The notes: generated by a model not told the origin, from the sequence alone. Shown: positions 39,199 to 50,537, counted from the whole stretch's first letter. The stretch is 56,437 nt of DNA, filler included, from Basidiobolus ranarum (GCA_040143965.1; 3 parts of 3 records of this genome joined end to end with filler, not necessarily neighbours in it); one strand, 5' to 3'. Program-made: numbers and translations.

Positions 39199-41004
39199 AT
39201 GTCCGTATGCATCATTTGCACCGAATCTTTAGCTACTAAACCTCCAGAGGAATCGGGGTTGGAGAGTAAAAATAAAGCCCCTGTTTCAGTGACAATCTGT
39301 AAGTTTTCACCCACCTGCAGTAAAGCACGCTTCGGTCTTTCTAACCTCGACTCTGTTTCAATATGGGAACTTTAGGCGGTCACTTATTTCATACAACTTG
39401 GTAAACCGCAGCCTATTCCACCTTCATAAGCGCTATCATACTCCAGAATCTAACTTGGTTTATAGTATTCTCCACTGGTATAAAACTTTGGAAAATAAGC
39501 GACAAGTTCGTAGCCATAGTTTGGCAGTATCTTGTCCAATATGTAAACAAGATCAACTTAAACGTGATCTGCGGGATATTTACTGTAATTTCGAGGCGGG
39601 AATTGATATTGAAAATCTATCCGAAGATCAAATACATGTAATGAGTTCTATTGATATTGGCCCTCTTTCTCCACTCTTACCTTTTGTCTACGAACAGGAA
39701 CGTATGATCGCGCTGGAACATAAGGTCCAAAGAAGTGATGAAATCAATACCCTATTGAAGGTTAAATTAGTTACTTGCGAGAAAGAATTAAAAGAGATTT
39801 CTGAGAATACTGTGAAAGGGTTGAAGAGTGCTTTAGCTACTTCAAGAGAGCAATTAGAGTGTTCTAAACAAGTGAATTTTGACTTGAAACAGAAAATTTC
39901 CAAATACCAAAGAATACAAAGGTGAACGAATATTCCCTTAGCTTAATCACTGCCAACGTTTAACCATTGCTCTCGCTAGAATTCTGGAATTAGAAAATAA
40001 AGAGAAGGAGCCAGAGAGTGTCGATTTTCTAATGAACTATGAAAATATGAATAGACAGCAACTGATCGAGGCGTTCTTTGCGTTGTATCAGGTGCAACGG
40101 AATGGTGTGAAGTGAGTCTCTTTACGTCAATCTTAGGTGGTTTCCCATGAGCTCATATCCTGCGACTTCGATTAATTATTTTGAAGGGAGCTCAAGCGTG
40201 TTGAGCGATTCCAAGAGGAAGAATGCCGTAAATTACGCGCCGAGATCGAAGAACAGAAAAAACTGAGAGCATTAAAAGAGGATCGCATAAAGACATTGGA
40301 AACATGGATGAAGAATTTACAAGCAAAGGTAAGTTAACTCATCGCAGGTTGTGTCGTAAAAATAGCTACGCTAAATACACATGTATCGTCTTAGAATAAA
40401 AAGCTGCAAGCCCAAGAGAGTAGTCAATCGGAAGATACTGAAAGCAGAAACTCTCCTGAAAATGTAGCCAAAGTGGCTACATTTCGAAGGTTGGCCACCT
40501 TAGTTCAGCTTGGACGATATCCTATACTAATCCTATACTAATGCAATTTGTCCTATCTCATAGAACTCGATCTAATCCGCTTACAAAGCATCTTAGTAGC
40601 GGCTTCCAACCAATCGATCAGCTATCGAGACAATCTCGCCCGCAGATCCCGTCGAAGGAGTTGAAACAACCAAGTAATTAAAAAAACACTTTGACACGTT
40701 CTATATAGTATAATTAATAGATGTTGATTGTAAAGCTATTGAATCCAATGCATCTAAACCGCCATTACCACCTGGAAACTCTGAAGTAATGACTTTGAGC
40801 TCGGACCGTAGTAGCTCTGAGCCGGAACTCCCAGGGTTACGCTTGTCTGCACCATCCACTACAACTACTCAAAGCCAAAGTCGGGTAAATATATGTTCAT
40901 GGTTTAGCCGTGTATACTCTGATCTCATCTTCTTTACCTAGGCTGCTTTCTTCCAATTTGATGGCATGGGCGGCCGGAAGCGCAGAAACCCCTTTTCTAA
41001 ATAA
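39199..41004 (+). CDS. RING-H2 plus coiled-coil E3 ubiquitin ligase, TRAIP/NOPO-like, multi-exon
   Basis: MSVCIICTE...TI|CGHLFHTT|CILHW...SCPICK. The RING is split by a 25-nt microexon at 39376-39400. Long coiled coil; C-terminal FDGMGGR resembles the TRAIP DGLGG motif. Confidence 0.75.
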
Positions 41005-41137
41005 TTTCTCTATCTCTCGTTCATATTCTAGATAATAAACTGTACTTTTAGATTGTGTCACATACAACCCTTAGCTGTAACTACGCTCGTAGTAAAATGC
41101 ATTGTTGTAATTGGAGTTTTATTGGATTTTGAGTAAA

Positions 41138-42568
41138 CTAGACAATTGATCGACCGCTGGCTTTCACGACCTCAGACACATCTTTCGAGTATCTGTAAAC
41201 AGCATCGGCAATACTCTTAGCATTGATAAGGAAAGCCTTGGTGTTGAGGTTCTTGGTTGTGTCACACTCGAGATGATAGCACCAATCCCATTGTTTACCA
41301 ACAACTCCACCAAAGAGCTTTTGTTCTTCCACTGATTTGATGCCTCCAGCACCGGTACTTAGTCCTCCAGATGGAATCCCTGCCTCAGCGAACGGTCCAA
41401 TATCAGAGCCGGTATATGGGAAAGGAACACTCAAGTAAGTGACATTCTTAGCTTTAAAGTCAGTTTCGAAGTCTTTGGTGATCACTTCAGAACCTGGTGG
41501 AGTAGGGCCACCATTGGCATCTTTGTTATAAATGCGCAGAACATAGTTGGGACTGGCAATCATATCAAAATTGAGCATCAATGCAATCTTTTTACGTTCT
41601 TCTTGACTGAGTGAGGCAACGTACGCGTATGACCCTAGTAGTCCGTATTCTTCAGCGGAAAACCAGCCGAATCTCACCTTGTTGTTCGCTTTGTAATTAC
41701 GGCCTAGGTTCAAGGCAACCTCAAGTAATGCAGCTGATCCTGATCCATTGTCATTGATACCCGGTCCGGCCCAAACAGAATCACTATGGGCTCCAAGAAA
41801 CACAACATGATTGGGATCACCGGTCTTGGTTTCAGCAATAATATTGTGAGTGGTTCGATTTTCTACCTTTTCAATGATTGTTAGTTGCAGTTGAACTTGA
41901 CCTAGCTTCAACGATTGAATTAATTTCTCCCCAGAGATTTTACTAAGTCCTCCTGTAACCAGTGTCGAAGTTTCAGTCAGTCCAAGACGACCACGATACT
42001 CCTGGTCAGCATCATTGTAAACTAAGGCTGCCACTGCACCAGCCTTAGCAGCATTTAAAGATTTTACATTGGGTGTACACACACCACGTGAGATCAAAGC
42101 AATCTTTCCTTTTACGTCTACTCCCTCAAAATCCCCAGCTTCGCATCCGAAAGATAGCTCGGTGCCAACTTTGTTAGCGATATGAACCACCTCAGCTTTG
42201 ATTCCTTTCTTTGGTGTAGACTTGGTATATGCCAAGCCAAATACTGGGAACTCCTGCTTCTTACCATTGATGGTAGTTGAGGCTTGGGCATAGATGGTCT
42301 CCGAGTAAGTAGCAACAAAAGGATTGCGGTAAACATTAAACCCAGCACGTTTAAGGTTGCTCTCCAAGTAGCTTAGAGTCAATTTATGACCAGGAGTTGT
42401 AAAGACTCTTGTTCCTTTGTAAACCTTGGAGAAGCGTTGGAAATTGTCTGTGTGGCGAAGAAGTCCCTTGGTCGTAATCTTATTCTGTAGCCATTCGGAT
42501 TCCTGTTTGGAGTCCACCAACAAGGATAAGGCCAAAGCCAAAAGCGTAAAGCTAGCTTTAAGTTGCAT
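41138..42568 (-). CDS. Secreted M28 aminopeptidase with PA domain (aminopeptidase Y/LAP2-like), intronless
   Basis: Signal peptide MQLKASFTLLALALSLLV (ATG at 42568). PA domain VKGKIALISRGVC...AKAGAVAALVYN. M28 motifs GAHSDSV, GPGINDNGSG, AEEYGLLGS, LNFDMIAS, CYHLECDT. Confidence 0.93.
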   Translation of the reverse strand: MQLKASFTLLALALSLLVDSKQESEWLQNKITTKGLLRHTDNFQRFSKVYKGTRVFTTPGHKLTLSYLESNLKRAGFNVYRNPFVATYSETIYAQASTTINGKKQEFPVFGLAYTKSTPKKGIKAEVVHIANKVGTELSFGCEAGDFEGVDVKGKIALISRGVCTPNVKSLNAAKAGAVAALVYNDADQEYRGRLGLTETSTLVTGGLSKISGEKLIQSLKLGQVQLQLTIIEKVENRTTHNIIAETKTGDPNHVVFLGAHSDSVWAGPGINDNGSGSAALLEVALNLGRNYKANNKVRFGWFSAEEYGLLGSYAYVASLSQEERKKIALMLNFDMIASPNYVLRIYNKDANGGPTPPGSEVITKDFETDFKAKNVTYLSVPFPYTGSDIGPFAEAGIPSGGLSTGAGGIKSVEEQKLFGGVVGKQWDWCYHLECDTTKNLNTKAFLINAKSIADAVYRYSKDVSEVVKASGRSIV

Positions 42569-42979
42569 TTTTTTTGTGGATGCTTGCTTCAACTTGAAGG
42601 GAATCTTCGCTTTTTATGGAGTAAACATTAATGTTGTCTCATTTGGTGTGAGAATTATCTCATCCCATTAATTCTCACTAACACCAAGCGACTGGCTAAG
42701 TTGTCACTTGATTACGTGAATCTTTAGTAGCACCAAACTCTCTTTTCATTCTGTGGTACGACACAGATATTTGGTCAAGTGTAGTAAGTAAACCGGAGAT
42801 AAGGATATCAGCGAGTTTTAATTGGTAAAATAATGCTATCATTTCTGGGATTATTTAGCAATGTCGATCTACTCTAATTTACGGTGGGAATTTCTTACTT
42901 CTTTACCTCCAATGTGGATGGTAAATACGCAAGGATAATATAGATAGATAGGGAAGAACCATTCTTATACAACATGGAG

Positions 42980-43057
42980 TTTGAAATCCACTTGTTTAGC
43001 TGAGTGTAGAAGAGTGAATTTGAAATCCACTTGTTTAGCTGAGTGTAGAAGAGTGAA
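42980..43057. repeat. Perfect 39-bp tandem duplication
   Basis: tttgaaatccacttgtttagctgagtgtagaagagtgaa x2, head to tail. Confidence 0.92.
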
Positions 43058-43739
43058 TAAGCCGTGTTCTGCATATGCGTTTATGCTAAATATGGGGATT
43101 TTATAGAGATTTTATGAGGATTCAGTAATTCGTATGTGGTTACAGTATGTGGTTACATTTACATTTTACAGTTTACAGTTTAAAATAATACTGAGTTTGG
43201 GTTCTAAATACAGAGTGACCGGGTAGGGGGAAAGGTTTCACTAGATTTAACAGAATGGTAACTAAACAAGGTTCGTTCCGATTCATCCATCGTGGTTCTA
43301 TAATCGTGGTTCTGCAACGAGGATTTAAGAAATCTCAAAAAAGGTATCCCGATGATTACTTAATATAATCTAACGCCCAACACTTAACACCTAATATACC
43401 AGTATAATATATCGTTATACTCTCACTACATTTGATAAAGTCAATTCGCTGAATAAGAATAATAACTACCACGAACCATCCAACTGGATTTCACAAACTA
43501 CCATGGATTGTTGTGGGCATGTGTGCAGTACCATCCAATAAAGATCAAATGGTTGGTTTGATATCAGCTTATGCTATACTTGTTGTACTCGTGGCAAGAT
43601 TGATGTGCCAAAAGACTGAGTTTCGCATATAAGCATATCTAATATGGTCTAATCGCTCATATACTTTACTCGTTGACCTACCGATGCCAACTGAAAACAT
43701 TTCTGTTACCGAAGATCCATTTCACGTGGAAAGAAGGAG

Positions 43740-44490
43740 CAATGGTTCTGTGATCCAGCCGCTGAGAAAGCTTTAGTTCGTAAGTTGGACTGGCGGTTGG
43801 TTCCATTCCTATCTTTGCTGAATCTATGTTGCTTTCTTGATCGTGCAAACATCGATATGTAATGGGTGTGAGTATCACTTAGATTTGCTGATGTAATTGA
43901 CAGATCCATTGGTAGGGAATGTCAAAGTTGCTCATATTGACCGAGATCTCGGCTTAACACTGAGTTCAGCTGGTCATTGTCGATTTTGTTCTTCGGCTAT
44001 GTGAGTGGAATTCAGTTACGGAATTCAAATAGTCATTTTTGATGGTTATTAATTGGTTGCGCTATTAGCAGAAAGTGCAATCAGAAATGGATTTTCACAA
44101 TCACTGGCAAAATAGTTAAATCTTCTTTAGCCGGTATGACTCCGGTATGATATTTTATCTTTCAATATAGTACACAAGGAAAGAACAAGTTGTCCGCATT
44201 GCATTCACTTTTGGCGCAACTATCATTGCCGCTGCCTTTGGTGGCATACGGAATCGTCTAAATGAATGGAGTACTTGGCTGGCTGGTGATGGTTATTTAT
44301 CTTCGAGTAGGTTCTTTAAAATATGAAGGCCAGGCTTGATTTGGCACAAACTAATGATTTTAACGTAGAGGATTACCAACACTAGTTCCTGGCTTAATGG
44401 CATACTTCTATCTTCCAGACTCTCCGGAGACTGCAAAATTTCTTCTCAAAGAGGAACGCGAGCTGTTAGTGAATCGCCTTACGCAGATAC
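43740..44490 (+). pseudogene. Degraded ACS-family MFS transporter (allantoate/nicotinate permease-like)
   Basis: Fragments DPAAEKALVRKLDWRLVPFLSLLNLCCFLDRANI, GNVKVA..DRDLGL (frameshift) EFSWSLSILFFGY, SI*YTRKEQVVRIAF..A..IAAAFGG, YGIV*MNG, *WLFIFE, GLPTL...YFYLPDSPETAKFLLKEER. In-frame stops, frameshifts and missing segments. Confidence 0.85.
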
Positions 44491-45009
44491 AAGTGCTACC
44501 TCGCAGACAGAGTTCTCCTGTCAATTGGTACCGTTGGCGGTAAATTGGGTGGTCAGCATCCTTATTTCCGCTACATTTCGTAAATGGACAATATAAAGCT
44601 GAGATCATATGCATCTTCTAGGTATTTTCATGAGTTCAACTGACTGTATACATCCTTGCTCCGAATTTGTTTCATTTTTTGTATTTTTCGTTACAACCAC
44701 CATTATTATCCCCATTGTTAATGAAGGTCAAAAACACTATCTGCTACGCTTAGTCATGAACTCTTTACATAAGCATGTAAGGATACTGTGTCACCTAAGC
44801 TGTAAGGAAACCATATCCCAAAAACTCTGTCAACAATCGTCTGTAGCGCTTTTATAGACTTGAAACTGTGGATTAGCTATCTAGGATAATGCCAACCATT
44901 ATTTGCAATGTTATTATCAGGGTCAAGATTTTTATTGAGAGTTTATTTTTATGTCATCCAATGTCACATTCACAACTGGACTCTAGGTTAGGTTATACAC
45001 GTCTTGTTT

Positions 45010-45969
45010 TCATATACTTTTCTCACTGGCCTTGGTACTAACTGTCTTGTTCATTACTGCCATTTTGTACACTTTTTCTACTTGCTCTTGATTAGAAATA
45101 ACCAAACCCAGTTCACGAATTAGCCCATCCTCCAGTGAATAGCACCAGCCATGTACTGACAATGGTTGCTTGTGCTCCCAAGCTGATTGAACTATCGAGC
45201 TGTGACAGATATTATAAACGCTATTACTAACATTTAATTCGACTAAAAGGTCAGTTCTGGCGATGGGATCTTCGACAGCTTCAAGATTCTCTCTATTGGC
45301 TAAGGAATCATGATGTCAGTTGAATGCTGTATTGGCATATTGAAAAGAAAATTGTTTACCTCTGTAGACATCTTTAATATTGCACAACCAGGAGTCAATC
45401 AGTCCGTGGAATTTATTTTCTGCCGCTGCAGTAACACCTCCACATCCGTAATGCCCTGTAGAGTTGAATGAATGAGTGAAGGTGGGACCCTCGTTTAGAC
45501 GTTGCGTGAAAGTAAAAGGAATTTTGCTTCATTCAACATACCACATACAACTATATGTTCCACCTTAAGGACATCTACAGAATATTGAAGTACCGATAGA
45601 AAATTCATATCCGTGTGGATACACATATTGGCAATGTTACGATGAACAAAAAGATCTCCAGGAGCTACGAAAAGACTTCAGTTTGTGAAAGATTCACCGT
45701 ACACTAAATACACATAACATACCACACTGTACAACCTGTTCAGCAGGAACTCTAGAATCCGAGCAGCCAATCCATAGAACCTTGGGACTTTGCCCTTTGG
45801 CAGAAGTGGAAAAGAATTGGGGTTGTTCTTCTTGAATAAATTTCGCCCATTCCTTGTTTCTATTGAGCATATCTTTCAATCTGTCATCTAGAGCAAAGTA
45901 AGTTACCTAAGTTTAAAGTGAAGGCATTGAAATTTACTTACCTTCGGATAAGGGGAGATGAGAGTGCAT
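45010..45969 (-). CDS. nce103: Beta-class carbonic anhydrase (paralog 2), 5 exons
   Basis: [23 protein letters not shown]...[17 protein letters not shown]..|[36 protein letters not shown]..|..[20 protein letters not shown] at 45010-45012. Confidence 0.93.
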
Positions 45970-46759
45970 GTTGGACGACGTAAAGAGGATTTGTACAGAT
46001 AGTAAATATTTATTGCAGCTCAAGTTGCAACAATGGTTAGGCTACGAGATGCATATCACTTTCAAGAGAGTCGGCCAAATATAACCCTTTAACCCTATCA
46101 GGGTGTGTCTCATTGACCCAATCTGCTACAGACGGTATATATTTGTATAATCTTAATGTCGATCAGTGGATAAGATCTGGTACATTGTTTGAATCTAGTC
46201 CAGTACTTGTGCTCAGAGCAGTTATTAAATGTCCTGTTCCATAATCAAAATGTTCTGTCTATGTCATGTGGTATAATCGATCAAATTTGGTATTATCAGC
46301 TATAATAGTGATCAACGGCTAAATATTGTCACTTTACTTGCTACTTAGGGTTAAGTGCTGTTTGACCTATCCGCTGTCCTGCCGCATCTATTTTTCACTA
46401 ATCATCTAACTTTCAACTAAGCTATTTACTGTTGAAATATTGGAGTTAAGCACCTAAATATTCATATTTATGATATTCGCCATAACTAACATGTGTGTGT
46501 TTCGTTGCGAGTGTTTCGTTGCGTGTGTTTCATTGTCACAATAACTGCAGAAATAATTCATTGATATTGGCTGAGAAAATGTATGTATATAGTACAACGT
46601 TGCCAATATACTACTATGCCATTTACCTTCAAAAAGTAGACTACTAACCAACAGAATTTCCATACTATTATGTACATTATTTATAGTCTAGCTGTAAATT
46701 TAACACAACTGGGAGCGTAGAATTCCTAACCCTAATTGCCTTGCTAGAGCTGGAAGATT

Positions 46760-49700
46760 TCAACAACGTTGTGATTTGCCTAGTTCCAGATTCAAAATAC
46801 GAGCTATCTCAACTGTATTTGTTGATCTGATCATATCTTCTTGTTGACAGTGGATACTATAGGTCTTAATATTGCCGTCAATGTACGGTTTCCATAAATA
46901 CGGGGAGAGCTGAGTGGTAGTTTTGTCCTTTTTCTCTGTTGCTTGTACGAAGAGAAGGTCGCCCTTGAAAATTCGAGGCGAGGTGTTCTGTCGAGTGGGA
47001 GGGGTGGTTAAGTACAAACCCTGATGATTTGCCAACTTATTCGTATCGATGACTATGTCACCACTACAACAACTAAAGAATTGACAATAAGGGGGATCGG
47101 GAGTCATCTCTGAAGTGCAATCTGGTCGCGAGTAGTCAGGATAACCATCCAGAAACGCGAGCAATTCCACACTTTCACCTTCAACTTCAAGTTGGATAGC
47201 GATACGGTGTGCTACACTGGCACCGAATGACCACCCAAGAAGATAATATGGCCCGTTTCTCTGAACTTGACGAATCTGATGCAAACATTCTGACGCCATG
47301 GTATCAAATGCCATGTCAATTGAAGTTACATTACTGCGTAAACGGGGCTCAAGATAGTAGACTGGTTGATCTTTATGTAAGCGTTCTGATAAGTCGGCAA
47401 CACTCCAGCGATGACCAATTACAGCATGGATGCAGAATAGAGGAGATCTCTGGCCTGTCGGTTTGATGGGAACCAAAATATCCAATGCATTGTCTAGAGA
47501 GTTTTCTGACTCGCTCAAACTCTGTGCCAATTCGGCAATGGTGGGTGATTGGAATACCATATGAGCCGTAACCTCGATGCTTAACGAAGTTTGAATTCGA
47601 TTACACAATAGCATTACGAGTAGAGAGTGACCTCCAAGTGAGAAAAAGTTATCATGGCGACCAATTTGCTCTTTGTGCAGTAGGGCGCTCCAAATATCTG
47701 CAAGCATATTCTCAATATCGCCTTGCGGCTCATCGTATACATGACTAGTGAAGTCACTTTCTTTCGGTACTGGAAGTACCCGGTAATCGAGTGTGCCATC
47801 AGGAGAGAGTGGTAGTGCATCTAACAGAATAAAACAGGCAGGTATTTTATATTCAGGTAATTTAGTCTTGAGGTACACTTGTAATGCGCGAATTAGATGT
47901 TCGTCAGACTTAGCCACAACATATGCTACAAGGTGCAAGTTAACTCCTTCACAGAGAGTGGTTACAGTGGCATCCCGCACTTGTGGATGCTCGATTAAGT
48001 GTGCTTCAATCTCTCGAACTTCGATCCGAACGCCCTGGATCTTGACTTGCTGATCATTGTGGCCTAGGTATACGAGTGTTCCATCAGGTAAATAACGAGC
48101 TAGATCTCCAGTTTTATACATCCTAGCATTACTTTCTTGACTGAATGGATCGGCTAGGAAACGCTCAGCAGTCATCTCGGGAAGGTTCAGATAGCCACGA
48201 GTGACACCAACACCACCAATGTAAATCTCACCTATTGTCCCAAAGGGTACTGACTGACGATACGTATCAAGCAAGTATACACGAGTGTTTGCAACTGGTT
48301 GGCCGATAGGTGCCAATTTCCCTTTGAAATTAGTTGGACAACGCCACATAATGGAGTAGACCATTGTTTCTGTCGGCCCATAAACGTTGATAAAAACACC
48401 TTGAGACATCAGAGATGGAAGCAATTTTGCACGGGGTCCTTCACCTCTCGTGATTACAGTTAGAGGTGAACTCAGAATCGGTAAATCCTTGGCATCTTGT
48501 AGCATCGCGGGTGTCAAAGTTACATGGGTAATCGCATGCTTTGCCAAATAATCCCACAAAGCATTCCGGTCGATATGAGCGATATCAGGTGGTAAATACA
48601 ATCTTGCACCGCAGCTTAATGCCATAAATATTTCCAAGAAACTCATATCCAAACTGAGTGAGGCAACTTGTAACATCCTACTAGATGAGTTGACCTCAAT
48701 ATAGCTCATTTTACCCTGGATGCTATTTACCACATTCTGATGTTCCACCATCACTCCTTTCGGATTACTAGTAGAGTCAGAAGTATAAATCACATAGGCG
48801 AGGTGTTGTGCAGTCAACCATGATGCATGTGGATTGGTAGTGGGCCATGTCGTCTGTGTATTCGGATCAAGAACAGTCATCGAGGTGAGATCCTCTTCAC
48901 TCAGTGCAGTACGTCCAGTCTTATCAGCTATCAGCACTATTGGGGAGGAATCTTTGAGTATGTACGAAAGCCGGTTGCTAGGATAGGTCGGATCAAGTGG
49001 AACATACGCGCCACCCGCCTTTAAGACCGAGAGTAACCCCACAACCATGGCTGGCGACCGTTCGACACAGATCGCGATGCGCGTATCCGGTTTGATGGAC
49101 AATTTCATGAGCTGATGTGCCAGACGGTTGGCACGCATGTTCAGCTCATCATAAGTCAATATCTGATCCTCATGTACTAAAGCAACAGCATTCGGAGTTC
49201 GCTCTACCTGCTGCTCGAACAACTGGTGAATGCACAGATGTTCTTGGTATTGCCTCCTTGTCTCATTCCACGTTTCCAATAGAAGTCTACGCTCAGCAGG
49301 AGCTACAATGTTGATACTATGAACGGGTTGCATGGGGTCAGCTATCATTCCTTGTAACATGGTTTTTAGATAATTGACATGTCGCTCAATTGTCTGATGA
49401 TCGAATAGAGCAGTTGAAAAGCTCAATTCGCCAACTATCTCATCACCGATTGTTTGCACATCTAGTTCAAGATCAAGCAAGGAGTCAGATACAAACCCTG
49501 AATGACACTTACTTTGATATGAGAACGTGACCTGAAACAATTGATTACGATTCAGCTCTTGAGGCGGTTGTACTCTCTCGATAATTTCATTAATGGATAT
49601 GTCTTCATTCTCCTGTGCTTCTAGTATACCAATTTGAACTTGCTCTAATAACTCAATTGTACTTGGCTCACTTGAAAGGTTGATACGCAATGGAAGCCAT

Positions 49701-50095
49701 CTGCCAAAACTACTCATCAAATATTCATTTTCACTGCGATTATTACGGGCTCTTGGTATCCCAATGATAATATCATCTTGGCCGGAGAGACGAGCTAGTA
49801 CTGCACTCCAGGCAGTTAACAAAACTATGGATACAGACACATCATTTTCCTGGCTCAGCAATTCTATGGAGTGGGTTATTTGTACATCAAGCTGGACCGT
49901 TGTTACAGACTTAGTAAAGTGTTGTTGAGGTTGATGAGGACGATCGGCAGGGAGGTAGAGTAAAGGAGGGACATTGGCTAGCTTTTTACACCAATACTCA
50001 CTATAGGAATTTGTACTTGTTGAGGTGATAAACGCACGCTCGTGGTTTTTTAGCGATGAAATGTGTATTCTTTTTGGAGTACTTGGAATTGGCAT
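46760..50095 (-). CDS. Monomodular bacterial-type NRPS-like protein (partial C - A - T - TE), intronless, with degenerate catalytic motifs
   Basis: C-domain second half (YW.KKL..VPPLLYLPADRP, LARLSGQDDIIIG, LPLRI, LFQV). A domain (LTYDELNMRANRLAH, LKAGGAYVPLDP, LAYVIYTS, NVYGPTE, GEIYIGG.GV.RGYLN, MYKTGDL). T domain (FFSLGGHSLL). TE (PLFCIH, GPYYLLGWSFG). First ATG at 50095. Confidence 0.93.
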   Translation of the reverse strand: MPIPSTPKRIHISSLKNHERAFITSTSTNSYSEYWCKKLANVPPLLYLPADRPHQPQQHFTKSVTTVQLDVQITHSIELLSQENDVSVSIVLLTAWSAVLARLSGQDDIIIGIPRARNNRSENEYLMSSFGRWLPLRINLSSEPSTIELLEQVQIGILEAQENEDISINEIIERVQPPQELNRNQLFQVTFSYQSKCHSGFVSDSLLDLELDVQTIGDEIVGELSFSTALFDHQTIERHVNYLKTMLQGMIADPMQPVHSINIVAPAERRLLLETWNETRRQYQEHLCIHQLFEQQVERTPNAVALVHEDQILTYDELNMRANRLAHQLMKLSIKPDTRIAICVERSPAMVVGLLSVLKAGGAYVPLDPTYPSNRLSYILKDSSPIVLIADKTGRTALSEEDLTSMTVLDPNTQTTWPTTNPHASWLTAQHLAYVIYTSDSTSNPKGVMVEHQNVVNSIQGKMSYIEVNSSSRMLQVASLSLDMSFLEIFMALSCGARLYLPPDIAHIDRNALWDYLAKHAITHVTLTPAMLQDAKDLPILSSPLTVITRGEGPRAKLLPSLMSQGVFINVYGPTETMVYSIMWRCPTNFKGKLAPIGQPVANTRVYLLDTYRQSVPFGTIGEIYIGGVGVTRGYLNLPEMTAERFLADPFSQESNARMYKTGDLARYLPDGTLVYLGHNDQQVKIQGVRIEVREIEAHLIEHPQVRDATVTTLCEGVNLHLVAYVVAKSDEHLIRALQVYLKTKLPEYKIPACFILLDALPLSPDGTLDYRVLPVPKESDFTSHVYDEPQGDIENMLADIWSALLHKEQIGRHDNFFSLGGHSLLVMLLCNRIQTSLSIEVTAHMVFQSPTIAELAQSLSESENSLDNALDILVPIKPTGQRSPLFCIHAVIGHRWSVADLSERLHKDQPVYYLEPRLRSNVTSIDMAFDTMASECLHQIRQVQRNGPYYLLGWSFGASVAHRIAIQLEVEGESVELLAFLDGYPDYSRPDCTSEMTPDPPYCQFFSCCSGDIVIDTNKLANHQGLYLTTPPTRQNTSPRIFKGDLLFVQATEKKDKTTTQLSPYLWKPYIDGNIKTYSIHCQQEDMIRSTNTVEIARILNLELGKSQRC

Positions 50096-50485
50096 TTTGA
50101 GCTTGAGATGTAAGAAGCAACAGTAACCAATAGTATTTATGAAATTAGTGAGCGTATGGTCTAACAACCGATATCTGGAGAGCTCTGAGATAAAAGTTGA
50201 TTTCTGCCGGGGATTTATTTGATGGATGCCATTGCATTATATGTAATTAGCTCTTAAAGCAGACTCCAATATAATAGGGGTTACGAAAGGGGTCCACTAG
50301 GGGTCAAATGAGTTAATTTCCGTGTAAGTGTATGTCCTTTAGGGTTAGGTGTAAGTGTATGTCCGAAAGGATTAAGGGCTCATTTGTATCATTGTGTAAG
50401 ACTCTATTTTTACCTGATAATTCAGTTAGGCTTTATTATATTAGAGTTGAAAATTTCTGCATCAGACTTGAACGGGGAATCTACA

Positions 50486-50537
50486 TGATACTGATACTGT
50501 TGCTGATACTGTTACTGATACTGTTACTGATACTGAT
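50486..50537. repeat. 12-bp-period minisatellite (ctgatactgtta)
   Basis: tgatactgatactgttgctgatactgttactgatactgttactgatactgat. Confidence 0.85.

Noticed and set aside
42980-43057. 39-bp direct repeat as a CRISPR-like array
   Set aside because: Only two head-to-tail copies, no spacer, no cas genes, eukaryotic context.
46760-50167. NRPS as bacterial contamination
   Set aside because: Contiguous, without gaps, with spliceosomal-intron genes on both sides, and of similar AT-rich composition.
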